Of a stretch of DNA of 64,000 nucleotides, positions 1 through 7,951 are shown one piece after another. How positions within the stretch are numbered: position 1 is the stretch's first letter; every line of letters starts with the position of its first letter. Under the pieces are notes generated by a model. It saw nothing but the letters and a program-made list of their open reading frames with translations, had not been told where the DNA came from and searched no databases. Source of the DNA: Gemmatimonadales bacterium. Its GTDB lineage: Bacteria > Gemmatimonadota > Gemmatimonadetes > Gemmatimonadales > GWC2-71-9. Position numbers and translations under genes: made by a program. The stretch is from NCBI GenBank assembly GCA_035251445.1, contig DATFEG010000040.1, positions 15,261 through 79,260 of the forward strand. Reading direction: 5' to 3'.

Positions 1-15
1 CCCCGCGCCGCGCGT

Positions 16-1104
16 GTGACGCCAGCCTCCGTATCGCCGTCGATCGCTGCTCCTGCCCCCGCCACGCGCCCCGGCGGCGCGAGCGCGGCGGTCGCACCGC
101 TTTCGCGCGACCAATTGCGGGAGATCTATTACTACCTCCGCCTCACGCGCACGCTGGAGGAGCGCCTGGTCGCGCTGTATCGCCAGACCAAGGTCATTGG
201 CGGGTTGTTTCGCTCACTCGGCCAGGAGGGCGAATCGGTCGCCTCGGCCTACGCCCTGGAGCGCGGCCACAACAAGGATATTCTCTCACCGCTGATCCGA
301 AACCTCGGATCGATGCTCGTGATGGGAGCGCAGCCCATCGAGATTCTGCGGCAGTACATGGCCAAGGCGGAGAGTCCCACGCGCGGCCGCGAGCTCAACG
401 TGCATTTCAACGACCTGGAAAAAGGCTACCTCGGCCAGATCTCCCATCTGGGCGACATGATTCCGGTGATGGCCGGCATCGCCTTGACGTTCAAGCTGCG
501 GCGGGAGCCGCGCGTCGGCCTGGTGTACATCGGAGACGGCGGCACGTCGACCGGAACCTTTCACGAAGGTTTGAACTTCGCCGCCGTGCAGCGGCTGCCC
601 CTCGTCGTCATCGGTGAGTACAACCACTGGGCGTACTCCACGCCACCCGAGAAGCAATTCGCGGTTACAGACCTCGCTGACAAGGCGAAGGGATACGGGG
701 TTCCCGCCGTGACGGTGGACGGCAACGACGTGTTCGCGGTCTACGAAGCAACGAGGTCCGCAGTCGAACGGGCGAGACGGGGCAAAGGTGTTCAGTTTGT
801 TGAAGTGAAAACCTACCGCCGCAAAGGCCATGCGGAGCACGACGACCAGCACTACGTGCCGAAGGACGTGTTGGAGCGCTGGTCGAGTGAGAACGATCCC
901 ATTGATCGCTACGTGCAGCGCCTGCGGTCCGGCAGTCTGGTTGGCGACGCGGACCTGAAGGAGATCGACGAGCAGGTGCGGGTGGAAGTGGACCAGGCGA
1001 CGGACGCGTGTGTGAACGACCCGCTCCCTCCGGCCGAGACGGCACTGCCGGGGGTGTATATCGATCCGCCGGCGGCGGACCGACTCTGGTTCAAGGCGCT
1101 CTGA
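16..1104 (+). CDS. 2-oxo acid dehydrogenase E1 component alpha subunit (TPP-dependent, BCKDH/PDH/acetoin type)
   Basis: 362-aa ORF with a TPP-binding region YIGDGGTSTG...EYNHWAYST. It is followed by E1 beta and E2. The start is not resolved. Confidence 0.85.
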   Translation: MTPASVSPSIAAPAPATRPGGASAAVAPLSRDQLREIYYYLRLTRTLEERLVALYRQTKVIGGLFRSLGQEGESVASAYALERGHNKDILSPLIRNLGSMLVMGAQPIEILRQYMAKAESPTRGRELNVHFNDLEKGYLGQISHLGDMIPVMAGIALTFKLRREPRVGLVYIGDGGTSTGTFHEGLNFAAVQRLPLVVIGEYNHWAYSTPPEKQFAVTDLADKAKGYGVPAVTVDGNDVFAVYEATRSAVERARRGKGVQFVEVKTYRRKGHAEHDDQHYVPKDVLERWSSENDPIDRYVQRLRSGSLVGDADLKEIDEQVRVEVDQATDACVNDPLPPAETALPGVYIDPPAADRLWFKAL

Positions 1105-2087
1105 TGGCGACCCGCGAGGTCACGTTTCTCGAAGCGTTGCGGCAGGGTCTCTGGGAAGAGATGGAGCGCGATGAGCGCGTTTTCATCCTGGGCGAGGATG
1201 TAGGCTTGTACGGCGGTGCGTTCAAGGTGACCGACGGATTCGCGAAGAAATTCGGCGAGTCGCGCGTCATCGATACGCCGATCTCCGAGGCCGCGATCGT
1301 CGGTGCGGCGGCGGGCGCTGCGCACATGGGGTTGCGACCCGTCGCCGAGATGCAGTTCATCGACTTCATTTCCTGCGCCTACGACATGCTGACCAACTAC
1401 GTCGCGACCGCGCGTTATCGCGCTGGACTGTCGACGCCACTGGTCGTGCGTGGCCCCTGTGGCGGCTACGTGCGTGGCGGCCCGTTCCACTCCCAAAACC
1501 CCGAAGCGGCGTTCCTGCACACGCCGGGGTTGAAGATCGTTTATCCCGCGACGGCGCGAGACGCCAAAGGACTCATCAAGGCGTCGATCCGCGATGAAGA
1601 TCCGGTGCTGTACCTCGAACACAAGTGGTTGTACCGCCGAATCAAGGAGCAACTGCCCGAGGGTGAGGAGATACTCACGCCGATCGGACAGGCACGCCTG
1701 GCGCGTGAAGGGAAGGACCTGTCGATCATCACCTACGGCGCGACACTCTGGAAGTCTCTCGAGGCGGCTGACCAGCTCGCGCAGGACGGCGTCTCGGTCG
1801 AAGTGCTCGATTTGCGGACCCTGTTGCCGATGGACGATGCGGCAATCGTGGACACCGTGAAGAAGACGAACAAGGTTCTCATCGTCCACGAGGATACGCG
1901 TACGGGCGGCATGGCGGGAGAGATCACGGCCCGCATCAACGAGCAAGCGTTCGAGTGGCTCGACGGTCCCATCATGCGGGTGACGGCTCACGACGTGCCG
2001 CTACCATATGCGCCGACGCTGGAAGACTTCGTCTTGCCCCAGACTGACGATATAGTGAAGGCGGCGAGGTGGTTGGCGAGATACTGA
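1104..2087 (+). CDS. 2-oxo acid dehydrogenase E1 component beta subunit
   Basis: In-frame ATG at 1104 shares one nt with the alpha stop (TGATG). N-terminus MATREVTFLEALRQ...GEDVGLYGGAFKVT is typical of E1 beta. Confidence 0.9.
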   Translation: MATREVTFLEALRQGLWEEMERDERVFILGEDVGLYGGAFKVTDGFAKKFGESRVIDTPISEAAIVGAAAGAAHMGLRPVAEMQFIDFISCAYDMLTNYVATARYRAGLSTPLVVRGPCGGYVRGGPFHSQNPEAAFLHTPGLKIVYPATARDAKGLIKASIRDEDPVLYLEHKWLYRRIKEQLPEGEEILTPIGQARLAREGKDLSIITYGATLWKSLEAADQLAQDGVSVEVLDLRTLLPMDDAAIVDTVKKTNKVLIVHEDTRTGGMAGEITARINEQAFEWLDGPIMRVTAHDVPLPYAPTLEDFVLPQTDDIVKAARWLARY

Positions 2088-2178
2088 GCTATCCGGTGTC
2101 CGCTATCCGGTATCCGCTATCCGGTACCAGGTATCCGTCACGACACACCGGGTACCGGATAGCGGATAGCGGATACCG
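2088..2178. repeat. Inverted arrays of tandem heptanucleotides (GCTATCC/GGTATCC ... GGATAGC) forming a long hairpin
   Basis: 7-bp periodicity read directly. 2111-2128 pairs perfectly (18 bp) with 2151-2168. The stem extends to 28 bp with 2 mismatches. Confidence 0.85.
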
Positions 2179-2190
2179 ATTGGAGCTGCT

Positions 2191-3537
2191 ATGGCCCGAG
2201 TAGACGTTCTCATGCCCCAGATGGGCGAGTCCATTGCCGAGGGCACCCTCAGCAAGTGGCTCAAGAAGGTCGGCGATCCGGTAAAGCGGGACGAGCCGCT
2301 GTTCGAGATCTCGACGGACAAGGTCGACGCGGAGATCCCCGCGCCCGCCGCTGGCACGCTTGCGGAGATCAAGGTCCAGGAGGGGCAGACGGTGCCGGTG
2401 CAGACGCTCGTCGCGGTGCTCGAAACGGATAAGGCGGCGGCCGGACGGCCAGACGGCCCGACGGCCGGCACCGCACCAGCCGCTGCGGCTCCAGCCCCGG
2501 CGGTCCCGAAAGCTGAGCCACCCAAGGCAGCCACACCTCCGCCGCCACCTCCGGCCGACCGGCCGTCCGGCCGTGCGGCCGTCCCCGCTGGCGACGGCGG
2601 CGTGATGACCGCCGAGCAACGCCTGCGCACCAAATCCACGCCGCTCGTCCGGAAGATCGCCGCGGAACACAGCGTCGACATCTCGCGGATCCCTGGCAGC
2701 GGCTACGCGGGTCGCGTAACCAAACAGGACATCCTCGGCTATATCGAGCGCGCGCCGGCAGCCGCCCCAAGCCCCAGGACCCAGGCTCCAGGCCCTGCGG
2801 GGGCCATCGAACATCCATCCGTTGAACCGTGGCCGGGGGACAGGGTCGAACCGTGGTCCAAAATCCGGAAGATCACCGCCGACCACATGGTGATGTCGAG
2901 GCGCGTATCGGCCCACGTCGCGAGTTTCTTCGAGGTCGACTTCACGCGGATCGCGCAGCTGCGCGCGAAGGCCAAACAGACCTACGCCGAGCGCGGCGTC
3001 AACCTGACGTTCCTCGCCTTCATCGTGAAGGCCTGCGCCGAGAATCTGCGCAAGCATCCGATCGTAAACGCCGCGGTCTCGGGCGACAGCACGATTTATC
3101 GCGGTGAGATCAACATCGGGATTGCCGTGGCGCTGGATTGGGGGTTGATCGTCCCGGTGATCAAGCATGCCGACGAGCTCGCGCTCATGGGCATCGCGCG
3201 CGCCATCAACGACCTGGGCGAGCGCGCGCGTACCAAGAAGCTCTCGCCCGACGACATCCAGCGCGGGACCTTCACCATCACGAACCCGGGCGGCTTTGGG
3301 CCCTTCGCGGGGATCCCCATCATCAATCAGCCACAGGTCGCGATTCTTGGGGTCGGAGCGATCGAAAAGCGCCCCAAGGTGCTTACCGCCACCGATGGCA
3401 CCGAGTCGATCGCCATTCGCACGATGGGCGTGTTGACCATGTCGTACGATCATCGCGTCGTCGACGGCGCCGATGCCGACCGGTTCCTCGCCGATGTCAA
3501 GAACCTGCTGCAGGAGTTTCCCGAGGGAGCGGTATGA
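2191..3537 (+). CDS. Dihydrolipoamide acyltransferase E2 component
   Basis: Lipoyl domain (EISTDKVDAEIPAP), Pro/Ala linker, E3-binding region, and a catalytic domain with SYDHRVVDGA. Confidence 0.92.
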   Translation: MARVDVLMPQMGESIAEGTLSKWLKKVGDPVKRDEPLFEISTDKVDAEIPAPAAGTLAEIKVQEGQTVPVQTLVAVLETDKAAAGRPDGPTAGTAPAAAAPAPAVPKAEPPKAATPPPPPPADRPSGRAAVPAGDGGVMTAEQRLRTKSTPLVRKIAAEHSVDISRIPGSGYAGRVTKQDILGYIERAPAAAPSPRTQAPGPAGAIEHPSVEPWPGDRVEPWSKIRKITADHMVMSRRVSAHVASFFEVDFTRIAQLRAKAKQTYAERGVNLTFLAFIVKACAENLRKHPIVNAAVSGDSTIYRGEINIGIAVALDWGLIVPVIKHADELALMGIARAINDLGERARTKKLSPDDIQRGTFTITNPGGFGPFAGIPIINQPQVAILGVGAIEKRPKVLTATDGTESIAIRTMGVLTMSYDHRVVDGADADRFLADVKNLLQEFPEGAV

Positions 3538-3851
3538 GAATGCCGAAAGTCTTGACCGCGGCGCGCGTGCGGGTGCCTGCCCAGCACGAGACGGAGTACG
3601 TGAACACGTTACGCGAGCTGAGCCAGTTTGCTGAAGCGCGCGGCCAGAAGATCTGGTTGTTTCGCAATGCCAAGGATCCGCGCTTGTTCATCGAGTTCTC
3701 CGAGAGTCCGACCGAGATGTCGCATCGCGCCCAGGCGTCGCGGCTGCCCGAAGAGATCAAACTGGAGAAGCGATTGCAGTCGCTCGCGACGTACGCGCCG
3801 GATGCGTGGGAGCTCTGGAGCGAGGTGAGTGTATGGCCCGTCGCCCCCTGA
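3534..3851 (+). CDS. Hypothetical small protein (105 aa)
   Basis: ATG 3534 overlaps the E2 stop (ATGA). High third-position GC. No family recognised. Confidence 0.5.
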   Translation: MRMPKVLTAARVRVPAQHETEYVNTLRELSQFAEARGQKIWLFRNAKDPRLFIEFSESPTEMSHRAQASRLPEEIKLEKRLQSLATYAPDAWELWSEVSVWPVAP

Positions 3852-4102
3852 CTGTCGACGGTGACTCGTGGGAGGTCTACCCCTCCGGGCGGGTGACCGT
3901 ATACGGCCGCGACCAGCTTGGCCTCATATTCGAGAGCGGCACCGGCACGCAACGGCGCCGCCGCGTGACGCATTTCTCGCCCGTCGGTGCGCGGATGCCC
4001 GAGCGCGCATTTCGAGAATTGTCCGATCGCGAGCTGCTCGAGCTCTTCCGCCAATCCCAGCCGGCCTGGACGGCCCCCGAGGTCTCGTACGCCCCACATT
4101 GA
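3833..4102 (+). CDS. Hypothetical small protein (89 aa)
   Basis: ATG 3833. Its frame has higher GC3 than the overlapping PHP frame over 4023-4100. No family recognised. Confidence 0.45.
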   Translation: MARRPLTVDGDSWEVYPSGRVTVYGRDQLGLIFESGTGTQRRRRVTHFSPVGARMPERAFRELSDRELLELFRQSQPAWTAPEVSYAPH

Positions 4103-4943
4103 TCTGCATTGCCATTCGACGGCATCGGATGGCGAGTGTACGCCAGCGGAGGTAGCGCGTCGCGCGCGGGCAGTCGGTTTGACGGCCGTCGCCCTGACTG
4201 ACCACGACACCACAGACGGCGTCGCGGACGCCACAAACGAGGCTGCCAAACACGGCATTCGCATCATCCCAGGATGCGAATTCAGCGTGCGCGCTCCCTG
4301 GGGCGAGCTGCATGTCCTGGCGCTGTTTCTGCCACCCGAGAGTGAGCGGCTACAGGACTTTCTGCACCAAACGCGAGCGGCCCGGCGCCGCCGGGGTGAG
4401 CAGATCGTCAACAAGCTCCAGGCCCTTGGCGTCGACATAGAGCTCGAAGACGTGCAGGCGCATCTTCTGGGAGGCGATGGTGGGGCCTTGGGCCGGCCGC
4501 ACGTGGCCCGCGCGCTCGTGGATTGCGGCGCCTGCGACGACATCCCGGACGCTTTCCGCCGCTACCTGGGGCGGGGGCGCGCGGCGTACGTCGAAAAACC
4601 GCTGCCCAAGCTCCTAGAGGTGACCGCTCTCGTCCACGAGGTGGGCGGGCTGACCTTCGCGGCGCATCTCGGCGATCACGGCACGGAGGCCCAACTCCGG
4701 ATCTTTCAGGACGAGGGTCTCGACGGCGTCGAGGTGCGGCATCCCAGCCACCCGCCCGCCGTCGAGCAGCGGCTCATCCGCATCGCGGAACGCCTGGGAC
4801 TGGGCATCAGCGGGGGATCGGACTGGCACGGCGAGAGCGAGTACGGTGAGTTGCATGCGCCACTCGGCGGCATGAAGGTTCCGGATACCTGGTTGCAGCC
4901 GCTCGAGCGCCGGCTCGAGCTCACCACGAGGAAACGAGCATGA
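3987..4943 (+). CDS. PHP-domain phosphoesterase (TrpH/YciV-like)
   Basis: IDLHCHSTASDG...ALTDHDT...GGSDWHG motifs. Homology begins at codon ATT 4098. The only canonical in-frame start is ATG 3987, so the start is uncertain. Confidence 0.8.
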   Translation: MRGCPSAHFENCPIASCSSSSANPSRPGRPPRSRTPHIDLHCHSTASDGECTPAEVARRARAVGLTAVALTDHDTTDGVADATNEAAKHGIRIIPGCEFSVRAPWGELHVLALFLPPESERLQDFLHQTRAARRRRGEQIVNKLQALGVDIELEDVQAHLLGGDGGALGRPHVARALVDCGACDDIPDAFRRYLGRGRAAYVEKPLPKLLEVTALVHEVGGLTFAAHLGDHGTEAQLRIFQDEGLDGVEVRHPSHPPAVEQRLIRIAERLGLGISGGSDWHGESEYGELHAPLGGMKVPDTWLQPLERRLELTTRKRA

Positions 4944-5386
4944 GTGAACTGTTACCGATTGGCAGTCCCGCGCCGTCGTTCTCGGCCGCTGCTTCCGACG
5001 GCCGCACCTACACACTCGCCGGTTTGCTCAAGGACGGACCAGTAGCGCTGGTCTTCTATCCCGGCAACAACACGCCCGGCTGAAACCGCCAGCTCTCCGC
5101 CGTGCGCGATGAGATCGACAAGTTCAGAGCCGCGAAGCTACAGCCGCTCGGCGTGAACCCGGCAGGCCCGGAGAGCCATCGGGGCTACGTCGAGAAATTC
5201 AAATTCAACTTTCCACTGCTCTCCGATCCCGACCGCGCGATCGCACGGGCCTACCACGCTCTCAAGGACGACGGGCCGGGCATTCAACGCACCGTCTACG
5301 CGATCGGCAAGGATGGAACCGTGTGCTTTGCGCAGCGCGGAGCTCCTCCTGTCGCCGCGATCGTCGCCGCCGTGAATGCCCGCTGA
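4940..5386 (+). CDS. Peroxiredoxin (AhpC/TSA, BCP/PrxQ-like) with in-frame TGA at codon 48 (candidate selenocysteine; alternatively a pseudogene)
   Basis: ATG 4940 overlaps the PHP stop (ATGA). The sequence ...VFYPGNNTPG-TGA(5081-5083)-NRQLS... places TGA at the conserved TPGC cysteine. The same frame continues open to 5386. Confidence 0.65.
5094..5114 (+). promoter_or_regulatory. Candidate SECIS-like bulged hairpin 10 nt downstream of TGA 5081
   Basis: UCUC-CGC / loop CGUGC / GCG-(AU bulge)-GAGA, paired by hand and not energy-evaluated. Confidence 0.3.
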
Positions 5387-6101
5387 TTTTCAGGGAAAAG
5401 TCGCACTCGTTACGGGAGTCGGCCGGGTCGGTCAGATCGGCCACGCGGTGGCGCGCGGGTTGGGGCGCGCAGGCGCAAAGCTGCTGCTCGCGGACGTCAA
5501 TGCGGTCGGTCTGGCTGACCGTGTCAAGGAGTTTGCATCGGAAGGCATTCCCGCCAAAGCGTCCGCTGGTGACCTCACGCAGCCCGAAGCGGCTCGCACC
5601 GCGACCGCCGTCGCGCGGTCCCAGTTCGGGGGCCTCGATGTCGTGGTTAATGTCGCCGGCGGATTTTTCAGCTACGGTCCGTTCACCGAGGTCAAGCCGG
5701 AAACGCTCGACCGCGAGCTCGCCATCAACTTCAAGACGGCGTTCTTCACGTGCCAGGCGGCCATTCCGGCGCTACTCGCACGCGGCGGTGGTGCGATCGT
5801 CAACTTTGCGTCCATCGCGGTTGTGCGTTCCCTGATGCACATGTCGGCTTACAGCGCGGCGAAGTCTGCGGTCGCGGGACTGACCCGCGAGCTGGCACGC
5901 GAGTATCGCGACGCGGGGATCCGGGTCAACGCCGTGGCACCAGCGACCGTTCGGACGGCTGATAACGTCGCGCAGATGAACGATCCGCAGGCGCCACTCG
6001 TCGAGCTCCAGGAAGTGGTCAATACTGTGCTCTTTCTCGCGAGCGAAGAATCGAGCGCGATCACCGGTCAGATCGTTCCCATTACCGGGAAAACGTACTA
6101 A
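5376..6101 (+). CDS. SDR family oxidoreductase
   Basis: GKVALVTGVGRVGQIG Rossmann motif and YSAAK catalytic motif. Confidence 0.85.
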   Translation: MPADFQGKVALVTGVGRVGQIGHAVARGLGRAGAKLLLADVNAVGLADRVKEFASEGIPAKASAGDLTQPEAARTATAVARSQFGGLDVVVNVAGGFFSYGPFTEVKPETLDRELAINFKTAFFTCQAAIPALLARGGGAIVNFASIAVVRSLMHMSAYSAAKSAVAGLTRELAREYRDAGIRVNAVAPATVRTADNVAQMNDPQAPLVELQEVVNTVLFLASEESSAITGQIVPITGKTY

Positions 6102-6832
6102 TGCGCCTGGAGGGGGCCGGGGCACTGGTCACGGGTGCGGGCCGGCGGGTTGGACAGGCGATCGCCGTCGGCCTCGCGCAATCAGGCTGCGATGTCGCTG
6201 TGCATTACTACGGCTCGAAGCAAGGCGCGGAGGAAACGGCGACGGCGATCCGCGCGGAGGGCCGCCGCGCGGAGCTGATCCGTGGCGATCTGCGTGATCC
6301 GATCGCCGCCCGCGGCCTCGCCGACCAGGCGGCGCGCTCGCTCAAACGGCTGGATGTCGTGGTGAATTCCGCGGCGATCATGGTGCGCCAAAACGTCGAG
6401 GACGTCACCCCGGAGAGCTGGGATGAAACGCTCGATCTCAATCTGCGTGCCACATTCTTCGTGTCGCAGGGCGCGATTCCTCATCTGCGCCGCGCCCGGG
6501 GCAAAATCGTCAACATCGCCGACCTGGCGGGGCTCGAGCCGTGGCCTGCCTACGCCACGCACTGTATCAGCAAAGCGGGCGTGGTGATGCTCACGAAAGC
6601 ACTGGCGCGCGCACTCGCTCCCGACATCGCGGTCAATGCCGTTGCGCCCGGCGCGGTGCTATTGCCCGGGGACTGGGACGCGGAGGCGGGCGCGCATATC
6701 CGCGAGACGACCCCCCTCAAACGCCTGGGCGCGCCCGCGGATGTCGTGGCCGCGGTCCGCTTCCTTCTGAGCGGCACCGATTACCTCACCGGAACCATCC
6801 TCGTCGTGGATGGAGGGAGACTCATCCGCTGA
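6101..6832 (+). CDS. SDR family oxidoreductase (pteridine-reductase-like)
   Basis: ALVTGAGRRVGQAIA and YCISKAG motifs. ATG shares one nt with the upstream stop. Confidence 0.85.
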   Translation: MRLEGAGALVTGAGRRVGQAIAVGLAQSGCDVAVHYYGSKQGAEETATAIRAEGRRAELIRGDLRDPIAARGLADQAARSLKRLDVVVNSAAIMVRQNVEDVTPESWDETLDLNLRATFFVSQGAIPHLRRARGKIVNIADLAGLEPWPAYATHCISKAGVVMLTKALARALAPDIAVNAVAPGAVLLPGDWDAEAGAHIRETTPLKRLGAPADVVAAVRFLLSGTDYLTGTILVVDGGRLIR

Positions 6833-6843
6833 GGGACGTCGTC

Positions 6844-7569
6844 GTGGTCGGTGGAGGCTGCTACGGCACGTTCTACGCGTCGCAACTCGCGAAGGCCAAG
6901 GCGCGTGGCAAGACCGCATATCGGACCGTCATTGTTGTGGACCGGAATCCCGATTGCCAGGCTCGACGCGAGCTCGGCGATGCTCCCGACCGGCAATGGG
7001 TTGTCTCGGATTGGACCCCGTTCTTCGACGATTGGCTCTCCGACGCACGACGTACGACGCACGACGCACGAGATGACCAGATCGTCCCCTCCCCCCACAT
7101 GCCGCACTTGATGTTCGAATGGGTCCTGCGGCGTGCCCGCGCGCGATGGCCCCAACGCTCCATCTCGGTCGCTCCGGTCCCCGGGCCGTTTCCGACGCCA
7201 TACGATCGGGCCAGCGATGGCGCGGATGTGACGCGCTACGTCTCATGGGCGGACTGGATCTGTCCTACGCATTGCATCGAACCGGCGCTCTGTCCCGCCA
7301 TCGGGGCACCCCGCACGTGGGAGATGGCCGACACGGTGCGCGACCTCGTCGAGCGCCTGCGTGCGGGTGGCAAGCCGGTGGATGGACCCGCGCTGTTCGT
7401 GTGCCGCCATCAGGTCTTCGGCGTCGGGATGTTCTCGGCCGAGAGTGTCCGCGCGGCTGATCGTCTGGTGGAGGAAGCGGGGCTGAGCGGCGCGCCCGCC
7501 GAGATCCTCGTCGGGACAATCTCGAGTTGCCACGGCGCCCTAAACTTGCTGACACTGGGCGTATCGTGA
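6844..7569 (+). CDS. Hypothetical Cys-rich protein with N-terminal Rossmann-like GGGxYG motif
   Basis: GTG 6844 (or CTG 6829) just after the SDR stop. High GC3 throughout. Begins VVVGGGCYGTFYASQL and has 5 conserved-looking Cys in the C-terminal half. Contains an in-frame heptamer array. Confidence 0.6.
   Translation: MVGGGCYGTFYASQLAKAKARGKTAYRTVIVVDRNPDCQARRELGDAPDRQWVVSDWTPFFDDWLSDARRTTHDARDDQIVPSPHMPHLMFEWVLRRARARWPQRSISVAPVPGPFPTPYDRASDGADVTRYVSWADWICPTHCIEPALCPAIGAPRTWEMADTVRDLVERLRAGGKPVDGPALFVCRHQVFGVGMFSAESVRAADRLVEEAGLSGAPAEILVGTISSCHGALNLLTLGVS
7041..7070. repeat. Tandem heptanucleotide array (CGACGCA/CGACGTA) x4.3 inside a CDS
   Basis: Read directly. It is translated as DARRTTHDAR. 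7043-7070 is identical to 7577-7604. Confidence 0.9.
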
Positions 7570-7574
7570 GGGCA

Positions 7575-7604
7575 CCACGCACGACGTACGACGCACGACG
7601 CACG
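7575..7604. repeat. Second copy of the CGACGCA heptanucleotide array, intergenic, abutting the next start codon
   Basis: 28 nt identical to 7043-7070. It lies between stop 7569 and GTG 7604. Confidence 0.9.
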
Positions 7605-7951
7605 TGAGTCCCGAGGACCGCCGCCGCTACCTCGAGCACGCGCGGGAGTTGTTCAATTCCGGCGAGTTCTGGTTGGCGCACGAGGCGTTGGAAACAATCT
7701 GGCGTTCTATTATTAAGCAGGACGAGGCACGGGTCTGGCAGGGCTACATTCAGGCCGCTGCGGCCTTGCTCCATCGGGCCCGCGGGAACCGCCACGGGAC
7801 GGTGGTCGTTGGCGCGGCAGCGCTGGAGAAGCTGGCCGGTCCGCAGGATCCCGGGATCGAGTTCGAAACGGTGGAATTTCGCGCGCAGCTCGCGCGCGCC
7901 CTGGCGGGGGAGGGCGAGGCCCCGCGATTGGAATTCAGAGCCCATGACTAA
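7604..7951 (+). CDS. DUF309 domain protein
   Basis: ARELFNSGEFWLAHEALETIWR is the characteristic DUF309 signature. Confidence 0.7.
   Translation: MSPEDRRRYLEHARELFNSGEFWLAHEALETIWRSIIKQDEARVWQGYIQAAAALLHRARGNRHGTVVVGAAALEKLAGPQDPGIEFETVEFRAQLARALAGEGEAPRLEFRAHD

Noticed and set aside
909-1991. 360-aa ORF on the - strand antisense to the E1 alpha/beta genes
   Set aside because: Arg/Ala/Pro-rich shadow ORF, as is typical of high-GC DNA. The + strand frames carry clear TPP-enzyme motifs and high GC3.
2088-2178. Possibility that the repeat arrays (here and at 7041, 13665, 14021, 42511) are CRISPR arrays
   Set aside because: The units are 7-15 bp and directly tandem with no unique spacers, no leader and no cas genes.
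6541-6843. Long N-terminal extension of the orphan protein ORF (track start 6541)
   Set aside because: It lies entirely inside the well-supported SDR gene in another frame. The Rossmann-like motif begins right after the SDR stop.
7043-7604. The 28-nt direct repeats as target-site or terminal repeats of an inserted mobile element (MITE/IS)
   Set aside because: The intervening 506 bp continues the same high-GC3 reading frame. There are no terminal inverted repeats, transposase or integrase.
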